A stretch of 64,000 nt of DNA from Tubulanus polymorphus (Eukaryota > Animalia > Nemertea). The number at the start of each line of letters is the position of its first letter. The stretch's first letter is position 1. This document shows positions 1-12,854 of the stretch, piece by piece. The stretch is taken from the NCBI RefSeq assembly GCF_964204645.1, contig NC_134025.1:5022001-5086000 (forward strand). The letters are read 5' to 3'. The notes beneath the pieces are model-generated. The model was given only the letters and a program-made list of their open reading frames with translations, searched no databases and was not told where the DNA came from. The position numbers were made by a program, and so were the translations under genes.

Positions 1-3000
1 CATGTGTGATCTCTATTTCAACACACGCGCATGCAATGGTTTCAACACTTCTGAAAGGTGCGAGTTTGACACATTGCTTTGTGCAGATTGAATAAATATG
101 GTTTCAATCTAAATTTTCCTCCCGTGTCTTTTCTAAAAAATGAAATTAGAGATAGAAATTATGAAAAAAATGTTACAATCAAATTGAATCGACCATTAAT
201 TGAATTTGTCCATTAATTGGTGGAAAAATATCATGAAGCCATTTTTTTTTTACATCTGCAGGACATTTATTCAATGTTTCATCTTAGAATGAAATGTTCC
301 TTTGTCTATGTTATCGGGTCAAATGTGTTCTCTCATTTGGTTTGTAGATTTTAAATGATGTAGTAATGTGACAGCCACACCTGTATTTGTATATACGTAT
401 TCAATAGCACATTTTCTCATTGTTGTGAAACAACATTTTGTACATAAATAACAGTTATAATTTATTACAGTGCCTTGTTTAAACATATAGCAATAGTTGC
501 CTTACTGCTTCGGCATATTACTATATGTATAGGTACATGATTTGTACATCTGCTTGATGAGCCGTACAATGTTTCTTTCATTGATCTATATTTTGATAAA
601 ATTATATATAACTGATTGCGTATACTGAATGCTATTTTAGACTATCACGACCAGCCTGTAAAGCGCTGCTTGCGTTATTTAAGCGCGAGTATTCATCCGA
701 CTAAACGACAATCAAAAGAATTTAGGAAATTGTATAGAATTAACTGTTGAGCTGTATGATATTATGATTGTAAACTTTTAAATGTCTATTTTTCGACCAG
801 TTGTCATGAGTGATGTTGTGCTTACTATCCCCCAAAAGGTTCTGATTCAAGGCAGCTATGAGGGATTTTTCCATTTCCATAAAAAAGATAGGACTTACTA
901 AATAGCAAAATATAGTCGAATAGGAAACTGGTCGCATGATGCATATGCAGAAATTTGGTATCAAAATCTATGCGATTATGATTTCATTCAAAACAATGTA
1001 TGGTTACTGGGGTATTCAGTAATGTCCTGCTTTGTTGATAGTTCTTCTAATAGATTAAACTATGAAGCTTTGCTTCAATACAGCTTTCTGCATCATTCTA
1101 ATGCATCTACGTTCGTTATCGTATTAAAACACGAAAGATTTATTCGTTATATTGTTATCATATAGATTCAAATTCGATATTTGTTTGAGTCTTGTTTTTA
1201 TGGAAGCATATCAATGTGCTTAATATCAATATTGATATAATATATTAATAATGTATTTATATGTAATTTAAAAAAGGTACGTACAATTTTACTACATACA
1301 TTTATAGGATATGAAGTGCCAAAGTGATACCGGTGTTGATAGACAGCTGTTCAAAAAATTAGCTCTAGTTAGTTAAGTTTTGGAAAATAATGGCGGATAG
1401 ATAGGTATACTGTCTGATGTATTTAACTCCTTGGTATCTGAACTACAAATAAGGAAATGGTTTGGGTAGAGAAAATTGCTCTCAAAGCTAAATTGTTTTT
1501 GAACCACATCATATGTGAATCTGTATATGTCGGAGTATTCACACATTCACGCAAAGAGTTTAAACATTTTTCGTAGGAACAATTTTTTAGGGTAACTTCA
1601 GCATTGTCTTAACCTGGGTCGATATGTGGTGGTGTAGATAAAGTGATGCAGATGCTGGTACACTTGTTTAGAAAAAGGATATCTGGAAAAGAAAAAGGAT
1701 AATGTAGTCGCCAATATAGGTCTACCGATATAGGCAGAATTTCGAATCTAAGAAAGTTGAAAATGGCTTGAGTGTGTCCATTGTGGTTGAAGCTTTTGTA
1801 CATTTTGAGAAATCGAACATTGTTGGTGTTATTGCTAATATTTTGAGCCACTCGGGATAAAAAATGTACAAATATGAAGACAATCAATAACAAAGTTTTA
1901 TAAGAGAAATAAAATCCACAATCATTAAATGGATATTTATTTGATCCTACTTTTTTAGTCTACTGTAAACTCGTATAAATTGAATTACAATTTCCCTGAA
2001 GATGAGACCTGTAGTCTAGACTCAAAATGTGATCTAATATATCAATTTGATAATTGAGGGTTTTATTCCCATTACACCTTTCCTCTAGATGATTGGAATT
2101 TAAAACTTCAACAATAAAGTGTTTGATGTTCATGTTTAAAAATCTGCTTCAGAAAACGAAATGTTAATGATCAATTTTTTATTAACATATACATGTACAG
2201 CTGAAAATTAAATAATTAATGTTTAACTTTGTATAATGTGACTGCGATCTCTTTATATAGAGAGATGATAATTGTTCGATGTGAAACAGGTAACAGGGAA
2301 GTCAATTATTTATGGTAAAAAGACAATTTTACAGCATATTATATTATCATTTAGAGTAAAATGCCTGTATATATAGCAGATCTCTAAGTAAACATGGTAT
2401 TTGTTAATGGTGATGTGTGCTTTGTTAATTGTCTATGTTTTACTGTTGAGATTACAGTTAGTTTATTGTCGAGTATCAATGTACAAAAAAAACTACGGTA
2501 ACATTTTTTCGTAATGCAGATTCCTCTCGCAGTGGTGTAGTTTTTAAACATATTTTTGTCAAACAGCTCTTGTCACCAAAGGAAGATTTGAAAACTCGGT
2601 AGTTTTTGTAGCATCTTGAAATGAGGCTTACAGATGTCAGATACAAAATTCAGTTGCTCGAATGTTTCCATCATGTGCGCCACGTGTATTGTGCTTACAT
2701 TTTTCCCATTATGAACAAGCAGCTTTTCTATCATGAAGATTTTTTTCTTGTAAAAGCTTTTTCAAAGTTGAATTGAAATATCAATTTCTTTTTGAGACTG
2801 ACCGCTATAAGAATATTTTACGTTATGAATGATGATGTACAGTATGATTTTTATACCGATTTACTCTGTTCACTTACTGCATTGTAAAGTTTGTGATAAG
2901 CATACCGGTATATTTGGGATTGGTGAAATTTTAATAAAAAGAAATGTTTGTCATTTTGTGATAATGCTTTAGGATAAGAATTTGTGGGTTAACTTTTTAG

Positions 3001-4837
3001 AAAAATCTACGGATATTTGATCAAATTGAAGGGTATTTATGAATGGCAAAATATGTGCAGACCATCTGTGACCATTTGTATCTTGTATATACATGGCCAC
3101 CATATATGGTGATTTTAAGTTGAAGTCTAAATATGTACTGACAATCTAATTCTGAATATGTACTGGAATAGTTCCTTAAATTGTTGACATATTCATCGAT
3201 TTCAATAATTTTTCGGTCTGGGGTAATTATCATTTTAAAATAGGACTATGTATACAAGTTTTTATTGATGATGACTGTTTCAAACTTACGAGTGAATAAC
3301 AGCAGCATAGAGGAAAAGCTGTAGGACAAAACAAAGTCATTGTACACAGCAGAAAAGCAAGTCCATTGCTAGATTATCGTATATGATTATATCGTACAGG
3401 ACCAATGACATACAAATTGAAATTTCATCATCAATCTACCATTTACATTACATGTGTCAAGTTCGTACTTTGAATATTCTATGCCTACTCGATGTGCTTA
3501 TTATTTTGTATGTCTTTTGGTAATGGGGAAGAATTTTAGGAGAAAATTGTTACTTTATTTGTGGTATACTCTTGTTTTTGAAAGTTGTTGATATTTTCCA
3601 TGTTCTGATCGAAGTTACCTTAACTAACTATTGGTCAGAGTAAAATTATTCTATTGGTGTTTTTCCTGGAGCAGTTTATGAAAAAATCTGTATCATTTTT
3701 CAATTTCCGTGAATACAAAACAAACGATTTGAAATGAATCGTTTAAGGCTTTAGTTGCCTTTGAAACAACTTTCAATCAATAATGTACAACTTCTAGACA
3801 TAGGAAACTAATTTTCACTGAAATTTATGTCCATTCTTATTTGGACTATTCATAAGGTTTCTGTTCACTCATCTGTAAGTTAACAATAGAAATACCTCTA
3901 CAACCCAATTATCAATTATTTATTTTTTATTTTGGTTGGAATATGGATTCTTCATTCCATTGCATGTTCTCCAATTCGTCTTATCTATGTTCAAAGAAAT
4001 TGTTTTACTCGCCCGCATTGTGTTAAAGCCTGATCATTTTCTATATGGATAAAAGTAGTCTTTCAGCAACTTAATTTTTTTTCAGACTAATGAATTTGAT
4101 ATATCTAACATACAGTCCATTTTGTTATACACTTGATAGTTTAATCGTAGGCTTGGAGGCACTTTATCAAATCTTACGAATTACTTACGTAGTGTCATAT
4201 TTTGGGCATTTTAATTCAATGGACGCTTGGTATTTTTGTGGTAATGTGGACAAGCTGAAGCAAATGTACAATTTTTTAACTTTCTACGGCATTGTTTGAA
4301 TTATGCTTTCATAATCTTAATAAATGGTCATTTAACAGTTGCAAAAAAAACATGTATTCGATTTTTGTAGTTCAAGCCTATAAACAAATTGTTCGTGGCT
4401 AAGCATGCTGCAAGTGAAAACATAAAATAATGATTTAGTGCTGTTAAAATATGGGAAAAGAGTTGCATTTCTACCAACCAAAAAGGTGTAAAATATTTTT
4501 TTTCTGTGACTAAGCCAATAAATTATAATTGAATTGTTATATGCGTAACAATTGAGTTACTTGAGTGTCTGGCGCACGGTTTCTCGGTTTTCATTCAAGT
4601 ATCTGTAACAAGCCCATGTTTGGAATGGATACGCAGGCGTGGTTTTGCCAGTATATAATTGGCTTTTCACTCGCATACTGACACCGACCCGTTTTCCATC
4701 AAAACATCTGTAGTTTTAAGCGAAAATAAACTTTAATTACTGAAAAAAAAATTCAAACGATGCATTTTCGCGAACTACAAAATCATTTTGCATTACGACA
4801 CCAAAAGTACAATGTATTTCTTATGATAATTGAATTG

Positions 4838-6528
4838 CTAGAGATCTTCCATCTCAATCGATGACGCATCTTTCATCAAAACATCTATCACGTCGATATC
4901 GGCGACTTTTTGCCCATTCCGACCCTTAAACGGTGAAAAAAAAAAACATTATACACTCACTACTTTCTAACAACTTACGTAAATTAATTATCGAAATCAA
5001 CGACCATTCATGTATTCAATTGTCGAAAGTTAAACCCGATCATAGTTCATACTGATATGGATGTAAGAAAAATGATTATTTCGATTGTCTAGTTAACGGG
5101 AGCGGGTTAAAGGCGCAGTGATCGGTGAGAATAGGGTGGAAATCCCATCGTTCAGATCTATGATTATCCTCAAAACTATAATTGACCCATAACTGTAGAC
5201 GCTTTTTGTTTTGTCTTAACAAGAAACTAGGATTACGAGAAACTGGGCCTTGCTACTGTGTAATTGAAGCAGGGTGACATATCGCGAAGCTACTTACGCC
5301 GTTAGTTCTTGTGCAGATCGGTGAACTCTTTCGGTTTATCATTTCCTGTATATAGCTTATTGGCAACGTGACACCTTCGCCATCCAACGCAAATCCATAA
5401 GGCAGAATGCTTTTATATGATCCTATAAACATCAGCGAAACCCCCATAGAATGTGTAATCCATTGACTCATTGGCTCTCTTCCCGGCAACAGAAACACGT
5501 TCAGAAGACCCCAGACCCCTCGCCATACGTTCAAAGATCCGTGTATCCCAATTATCCAGTACACGGATTCAAAAATCGACAGCCATATCGTTTTCGATGC
5601 CAATTTTCTGGAGATAATCGCAGCCAGCTTTTGCCAGAAAACATAGATAAAACAAATGAGGTATCCGATTATTAATGATACCCAACTACTTTTAGTTTTG
5701 TCATCCGGATACAAGATGGCATCGAGAAACACCCATGAACCTCGCCAAACAAACACAACAAGTCCATGAATCACGACGGTCGTGAAAAGAATATCCAAGA
5801 ACCAGTTGTAAGGTGTCTTCGGCTGTAAATAATGATAAGTCGTCATGTAGTGAAATTAGTGTCGTACTGATTGCAATGTTTGGTCGTTCATACTGTAAAC
5901 ATTGCGGAGATGCTATTTCTTTTGAAAGTGAAATTTAGGAAGGACTCATGGAACAAGCCTGATATAATAATCTCAAGAAATCCTATCAACCCACCGTTCT
6001 TCGAAATCTTGTAGAAATGACGAAAAAGTTATCGTGTCGATCTATTACGCTGAGCAATGGCGGGGCGTACGCGTTCTTTGCACCTCGAAATAGCGCCAAC
6101 ATTGCGAATCCTATAATTGTGGAGGTCATGCCGCTGAGCGCCCCAGTTCCAGTGTAGTGATCCCACAACGTCCAAACACCTCGCCAATGATTCACGATTG
6201 CTCCACTAAGCACGTAGAGATATACTCGGGAACAAATGATAAACAATATTACATTTTGCCCATGTAAACATTTTTCTAATTTAAACTGCAGAAGATTGAA
6301 AATCATGACGAGACAAACTCCAATCCCGTATGATATAAAGCAGTTTAACGGGGCTTCACGAGGTAAATAATGATCCATCAATTCCCATGTGCCTCTCCAG
6401 TAACTAACGACTAACGGTGCGATTATGAAAAACGTTATTATCACATCTAAAGAATAAAATGTTACACCAGCTACCTCAGCTTTTCTTTTGTCTATGGCGG
6501 TGCTCGGATGTGATATGCTGGTGGACAT
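4838..6528 (-). CDS. fusl: Fuseless-family multi-pass membrane protein, copy A (3 coding exons, ~381 aa)
   Basis: Exons 6528-5995, 5822-5298 and 4924-4838 are all phase 0 with GT-AG sites (534+525+87 nt). The protein has hydrophobic helices and four WRGxW motifs (WRGTW, WRGVW, WRGSW, WRGVW), as recalled for Drosophila fuseless-type proteins. A splice acceptor at 6546-6545 implies a 5' UTR intron. Confidence 0.8.
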
Positions 6529-9002
6529 GGTGATCACCTCCAACCTGAAAAATATTTAGGATATGCATACTCCAAACGTGAGCTGAACTTGTTTCTTTCT
6601 TTGGCATACATAGTTATATTTCACCAGAAAAACACTATAGGTAATCTCACCTAAACGACATATACACCAACCTCCTAAATTCCCATAGTTACGTATAGGC
6701 CTAAACAAAGTCTCATCTAAACCATGGGCTCTAAAATGAAGTCCACGCTAAGAACCAGTTTTAATATACCGCAGGATCCATACAAAAAGCAGATGTTTTA
6801 TACGTGTGGGAATAGCTTACTTGTAAAATGAAGTGTAATTTCTTTACATTGGATTTTGATCGCAATGGAGTACATACTGTATAAAACATGGTGACCGAGT
6901 TATCGATAGATTGTAAAATGTATTGTATTCATAAGACTTCGTTTTGAATAGGTCTCGATGAAAATATGAGAATACGTGAGGAGCGATAGACACTGACGAT
7001 GCCAAACCGATGGACTCGGGAGAACCGCAAGGAAATGTCCTTCGTATTATTTATTGTGTTTATTACTAACAATTTCCGAGTAGATTATCCATGATTGACA
7101 CACCAGCTCCTTTCCATGATTTAACCGCACACATTTTTTGTTCTCTTATTTTATGTTTGAGCTACTTCTTAGTTGTTTCAGAAGTTGAAAAAACTGCATT
7201 TATTTGAGATTTTTCAAAATTTTTGGACACACGTTTGGCAACCTTTTTACACAAACTTTGCAAACAACAGAAATTCTGTCAATCATTCTAAGTAAGTGTG
7301 ACTACGTAAAATGTCCAACTAATCTATTTAACCTTCTATGATTTATCTACAATATTTAAATTCTGTAAAGTCCAATGTTGTCTACTGCATCACACCTTGA
7401 TAAATCTGGTGCCTATACATATATATTTAGGATATATTCAGACAAAATGGTATGTTTCGACGCCCGCGATGTTTTTAATCCTGGAAATTATTCTCATCGC
7501 TCTGATCTAACAAGAATAGTAACTAGATGGCGACTTCGTTGCAGATGATACTTACTTCTCTCGTTTCTTTTTCCAATGGCTCTGCCCCTAAATATTAATA
7601 TATTTCCTGTTTATTTGCATATCGATCACCCGTCCGAGCTAGTTTTAAATGATTCATCGAATACAGTGTTAGGGTTTTACCTCTACGGGTATTTTTCCTA
7701 TTCGGTGTTGTGTCCTAGCTTGCTGTGCCTCTCGTGTGGCCCTTTGTGGAGGCCTTTCTTTTCTAGTACACATATCACTTGTTTCTAGTAAATCTACTTG
7801 AAATGATTCAATTTTTAGATAAATGTTTATTTGAGTGACACGTACATAAAAGAGAAAAATAATAAAGCCATGTAATATTTTAGCTCTTGTTTTTATCAAT
7901 CTATCTACCGCAGTATTTAGTGGTATACAAAACAGGTGAATAGATCGTCAATGTTTGTCGTAAATTTACGATAAATGATTCTATTTATTAGATACATGTT
8001 TGTCGAGTTCCTGGAGCGCTAAATTGAAGAACCAGCGAACTGGCTTCTTGTTGTATTCTTAGACGTATGAACAGGTTCTTGGAATAATTTCAACTAGATG
8101 TCATATTGTATTGATGAGTTATTGATTGACGTAATGGGGGTAATGGTGTATGAGTGACGGTATTGTTATTTTTTCTTATTGTATCAAATATTGATACACC
8201 TATCATTTTCGCAGTGTTCCTTGAATATACGACTATTGTTGAATTCTTTCAACGAGCCAATCTTCTTCCCTTTTCATTGTTCTAATTGTTTTTTGACTTG
8301 AAAGAAGGTTTTACCAAAGTGCACAAACCGGAAAATTATAGATCGTATCTCGATCAGTATTGAACGCGCACAAACTAATCATTTTTGAGGGACGTATACG
8401 AAAATCTCAAGCACTAAAGCCATTCATTTTTTAACATTATAGGTATATGTTAGTCAAAATTTCCATTTCTAAATATTATCCACTAATCATATCGTTTGCA
8501 GCATAAATTGGCCAGACGATTTGATTTTTTAATAGGTATATGCGTATTATGACAATTTATTGTTCTAATGATTAATTCTTCATGCAGAAAAATACAGGCA
8601 TTTCCACTTCCAGAAAATCAACGTTGACGATTATAGAGCATCTATAGTACTGCTAAATAGGCAGAAGGAAGGAAGTAGTCAAGATATCCTTCCGTTATAT
8701 TGCACGAATTAAACTCTTAAGTGTGTTCAAAAAGGTTGGAACGCTTTCTTGGAAAAAAAGAATAGTGTGGCTTCATTCTCGAAACTAACAGCGACGTTTA
8801 TGACATTCTCATACTAACATCGTGACTTAAATAGCATTATTTTATGTGAATTAAACAAATCCACTCAAACATTGGAGATTTATTATGGCGAATGATAATA
8901 GAATTTACATATGTATATCCCAATTATAGCCTACGTCATTATATACATGCGTAGGCCTATATACGTGTGTCCCCTATAAAGAATGTGTTTTAAAAGGTGA
9001 AC

Positions 9003-9536
9003 GGAAAAAAGGAATACAGAAAAATTGACCAAGGAAAAAATGACCACGGAAAAAATGGCCAGAGGAATTCAATCAAAAATGAACTACCATTTTATGAATT
9101 TCAACAAGATTAAATGCATAGATCTTTTGACATGTCACTTCTTGAGATTATTAGAATACGTCATTTTAATGTGGGAATTCGTGCGACCAGCTAAACGAAT
9201 AAAGAGCATTGGTCACTGCCATGTAGAATTAACATGAATTATATTTACAAAAAGAAAACATGTACTGACTATGATGCTGGTAATCATGGAATGAATGATT
9301 TCCTCCGCAGTGTTACAGAAAACATTTACTTTTGAATCAGTGGTCCAACAGAAAAATCCAGCTCGATCTGCATTGTATTGCAATTACTTGACTCAATACA
9401 ATATATACCTCTTGAAAAATTTAAAAAATGTCATTAGATATAAAGATCAATTCGATATCAACATTGCCACTAGATAAATTCATCTCCAATTCTCATAAAT
9501 TTTCCTTGCCCATTTTTTTTTCGTGGCCGTTTTTCC
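9003..9536. mobile_element. Degenerate foldback/non-autonomous DNA element with tandem subterminal repeats
   Basis: The left end has ~15-bp tandem units (GGAAAAAATGACCAC / GGAAAAAATGGCCA, 9003-9061). The right end 9500-9536 reads GGAAAAACGGCCACG...AAATGGGCAAGGAAA on the opposite strand. Confidence 0.5.
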
Positions 9537-9905
9537 TACAATCGATTAAAGGTGTTCACATGCATGCGAGATGTACAATTAAATCATATTCCTCATTTGA
9601 AAAAGACAAGATTTCTCAATTCTCAATCAAACAGTCATTACATATCAGTATTGCATTCATTAAGAACGAATACGATAATTTCCTCCTGTTTTCATCATCA
9701 TTTTGATTGTGTTTGAAGCTCGGTTTTTATGGTAGGAATTATTAAAGAAATATAAATATGATTACAAAAATCTAAGACATACAACAATATAACTAATATT
9801 AACTAATAAAAAACGGTAATCTTACAACATAAAATGAAACATAACAGCGCCAGAGACGAAACATATTACATGTATTGTATAAAGTGTTTGTTCTTTATAA
9901 GACTT

Positions 9906-11942
9906 TCACACTTTCTCAAAAGTGGATTGCACGCTATCCATCTCGACTAAAGACCCGTTTTTCTTGAGAGATTCGATGTCCGTGGTTTTCTGTTCATTTT
10001 CGCCCTTAAAATGGAAAAGGAATATAATAAATACATCTAGATAAATATACGGTATCTAATACAGCACATTTAAAAATCGAAATACGTCTTGGGACTTTCA
10101 GAGAAGAATCAGCCAAAGAATAAAGAAATTGGAAGTTCCCCTTCGGCGCACAAGTCATTCTTATGAATACCACTTATGGATTATGTAAGTGCAGAAAGTT
10201 TATAATTCGCGTGCATCGATGATGGAATTACAAGTTACCAAATGAAGGTGTGTTTGATTGGCTGACCATGGTCTTTCAAAGCTTTTTAATTACTACAAAT
10301 GGCGAGAGAACATTACAAAGTACAGTTCACTATATATAGAATTACAGAATTTCGTTGGTATCATTGATAAGTTTTCATGTCTTAGCATAGACTCCAGGAA
10401 AACAATATGCAGAATATACTAAAATATTACTTTCTTATAATCATGCTTTTAACGAAAAAATCTATTAAGCTATTACTTACAGTACTTGATGATCTTGTAC
10501 AAATTGGAGAATTCTGTCTGTTAACTATCTCCTGTATATAGCGTATTGGCAGTGTGACGCCTTCACCATCCATCACAAATCCAACGGCTAAAATGCTTTT
10601 GTATGTGCATATGAACATTAATGACACCCCCATAGAATGCGTAATCCATTGACTAATTGGCTCTCTTCCCGGCAACAGAAATACGTCCAAGAGGCCCCAG
10701 ACCCCTCGCCAAAGGTTAAGAGGCCCATAGAACCCTACTATCCAGTATGCAGATTCGAAAATCGACACCCATATTGTTTTTGCTGCCAGCTTCCTTGAGA
10801 TAATCGTAGCCAACTTTTGCCAGAACAGATAAACAAAAGAAATCAGATATCCGATTATCAGAGATACCCAACAGCTTTTAGCTTTGTCATCCGGATACAA
10901 GATGGCATCGAGAAACACCCATGAACCTCGCCAGACAAACACAACAAGCCCATGAATTACGACGGTTGTGAAAAGAATATCCAAGAACCAGTAATAAGGT
11001 GTCTTCGGCTGAAAAAAAGGATATATGTTTTTACAGATAAAGGTAGCAAGTTTCATATGTAAATCTTGAGTGTTTATACTTTCTAATTGGTATTATATCG
11101 AGCTGTCAAAGCCATATAAATTGCGCATTCTCCAAGATTTCTATGCAGCTATATAAAAATCATTTAGCATATATATTTCTGAAAGGAAACATATACGTTT
11201 CAATTTTCGATGACATTTAATTACGGCACATACCCGATTAAGCTTTTCATACATATGAATTAATTCAGTTCCCATAGAAATTAGATTAGATCAAGCACGT
11301 GTGCATAATTACTCAGAACGGTGTCGTGTTGATATGTGTTTTAGGGGTCTCGTGATGTTAGCGTGTTTGAACATTTATCCGATGTACTGCCCTAGGTAAA
11401 CATACCGTTGTTCGAAACCTTGTGGAAATTAAAAAGAATTCATCATGTCGGTCTATTACGCTGAGCAATGGCGGGGCGTACGCGTTCTTTGCACCTCGAA
11501 ATATCGCCAACATTGCGAATCCTATAATTGTGGAGGTCATGCCGCTGAGCGCCCCAGTTCCAGTGTAGTGATCCCACAGCGTCCAAACACCTCGCCAATG
11601 ATTCACGATTCCTCCACTAAGCACGTAGAGATATACTCGGGAACAAATGATAAACAATATTACATTTTGCCCATGTAAACATTTTTCTAATTTAAACTGC
11701 AGAAGATTGAAAATCATGACGAGACAAACTCCAATTCCGTATGATATGAAGCAGTTTAACGGGGCTTCACGAGGTAAATAATGATCCATCAATTCCCATG
11801 TGCCTCTCCAGTAACTAACGACTAACGGTGCGATTATGAAAAACGTTATTATCACATCTAAAACGTAGAATATGACGCTAGCGACCGAACTTTTTTCTTT
11901 TTCGGCTTCCGTTTTTGCTTCCATTTCGTCACGGGTGGACAT
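9906..11942 (-). CDS. fusl: Fuseless-family multi-pass membrane protein, copy B (3 coding exons, ~387 aa)
   Basis: Exons 11942-11406, 11008-10481 and 10004-9906 have the same intron positions and phases as copy A. It has the same four WRGxW motifs, and its last exon (GENEQKTTDIE...VEMD) is homologous to that of copy A (GRNGQKVADID...IEME). Confidence 0.8.
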
Positions 11943-12829
11943 GGTTACCACGCTTCGCCTAAAATATATTTAGGAAAAACAATTATCTTGGAATTCTTCC
12001 AATTGGAATATCTTTGGTGATGCTAAGTATTTATTAGCTTTATAACAAATGAAAACAAATCACCGCGATTCCAAGATGTTTTCAACCCGGCACCGGTTTA
12101 TATACAATGTAAGCATACAAACTCAACTCAAATAGACTACAATAGATACCAAAGAAATAACGGAATATCCACAACCAAAAAACTACATTCTCGTCTGAGA
12201 TTTCGCACAGCATTAAAAGTCCATAATATCGTCAGACGTCTGATCAAATGGCTATTTGCAGGAGGTTTCTAAACGTATATAATACGCAGAAATACGTACT
12301 TCCCACTGCGTTGAATAGACCAAAACTAAATTGCGCGTCACGCACAAAATGTCGTCGAGACGTCAAAAAGGCATTTAGAAAATTTCAATGATCTACAGTG
12401 CTTTGAGAAGTTCCTTCCTTTCAAAGGAAATGATTTCAATCAAATAGATCATGTTGAATATCAATTTTGAATTTGATATATATAGCCTACATTTTTGAAA
12501 CATTGGCATATATGGTGACATTTCAGTTTTGGATAAACAGTTGGGTCATCAAGAGAAATTAAGCGGAACATCTTTCAACTTTTTATTTACAATTGTATCC
12601 ATGTCCTTCTATGTATTTCGCTTAAAATCTAAATTATTCATAAATTACCAAAAATACGGAAGCGTCTTCAAAGCCGTTATTCCGTGTATTCAAACAAATT
12701 AGAAATGCTCGAAAAATATTTCATAGATGATAATTTGATTGAAATACTTATGATAAAACGGATTTGAGTGTTCTTATCATGTTAATATAACGACTGCTTG
12801 CAGGCTTGGAAAGAACTGGTAATCGCATC

Positions 12830-12854
12830 TATATATATATATATATATATATAT
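12830..12854. repeat. (TA)n microsatellite
   Basis: About 12 uninterrupted TA units. Confidence 0.95.

Noticed and set aside
5076-5192. In-frame alternative last exon for fuseless copy A (LWVNYSFEDNHRSERWDFHP...)
   Set aside because: The acceptor lacks a pyrimidine tract and copy B has no counterpart. The 4924-4838 exon is supported by paralog homology instead.
6544-10481. Read-through splicing of copy B exon 2 into copy A to make a doubled fuseless protein
   Set aside because: The donor is phase 0 but the acceptor at 6544 is one base out of frame with the copy A ORF.
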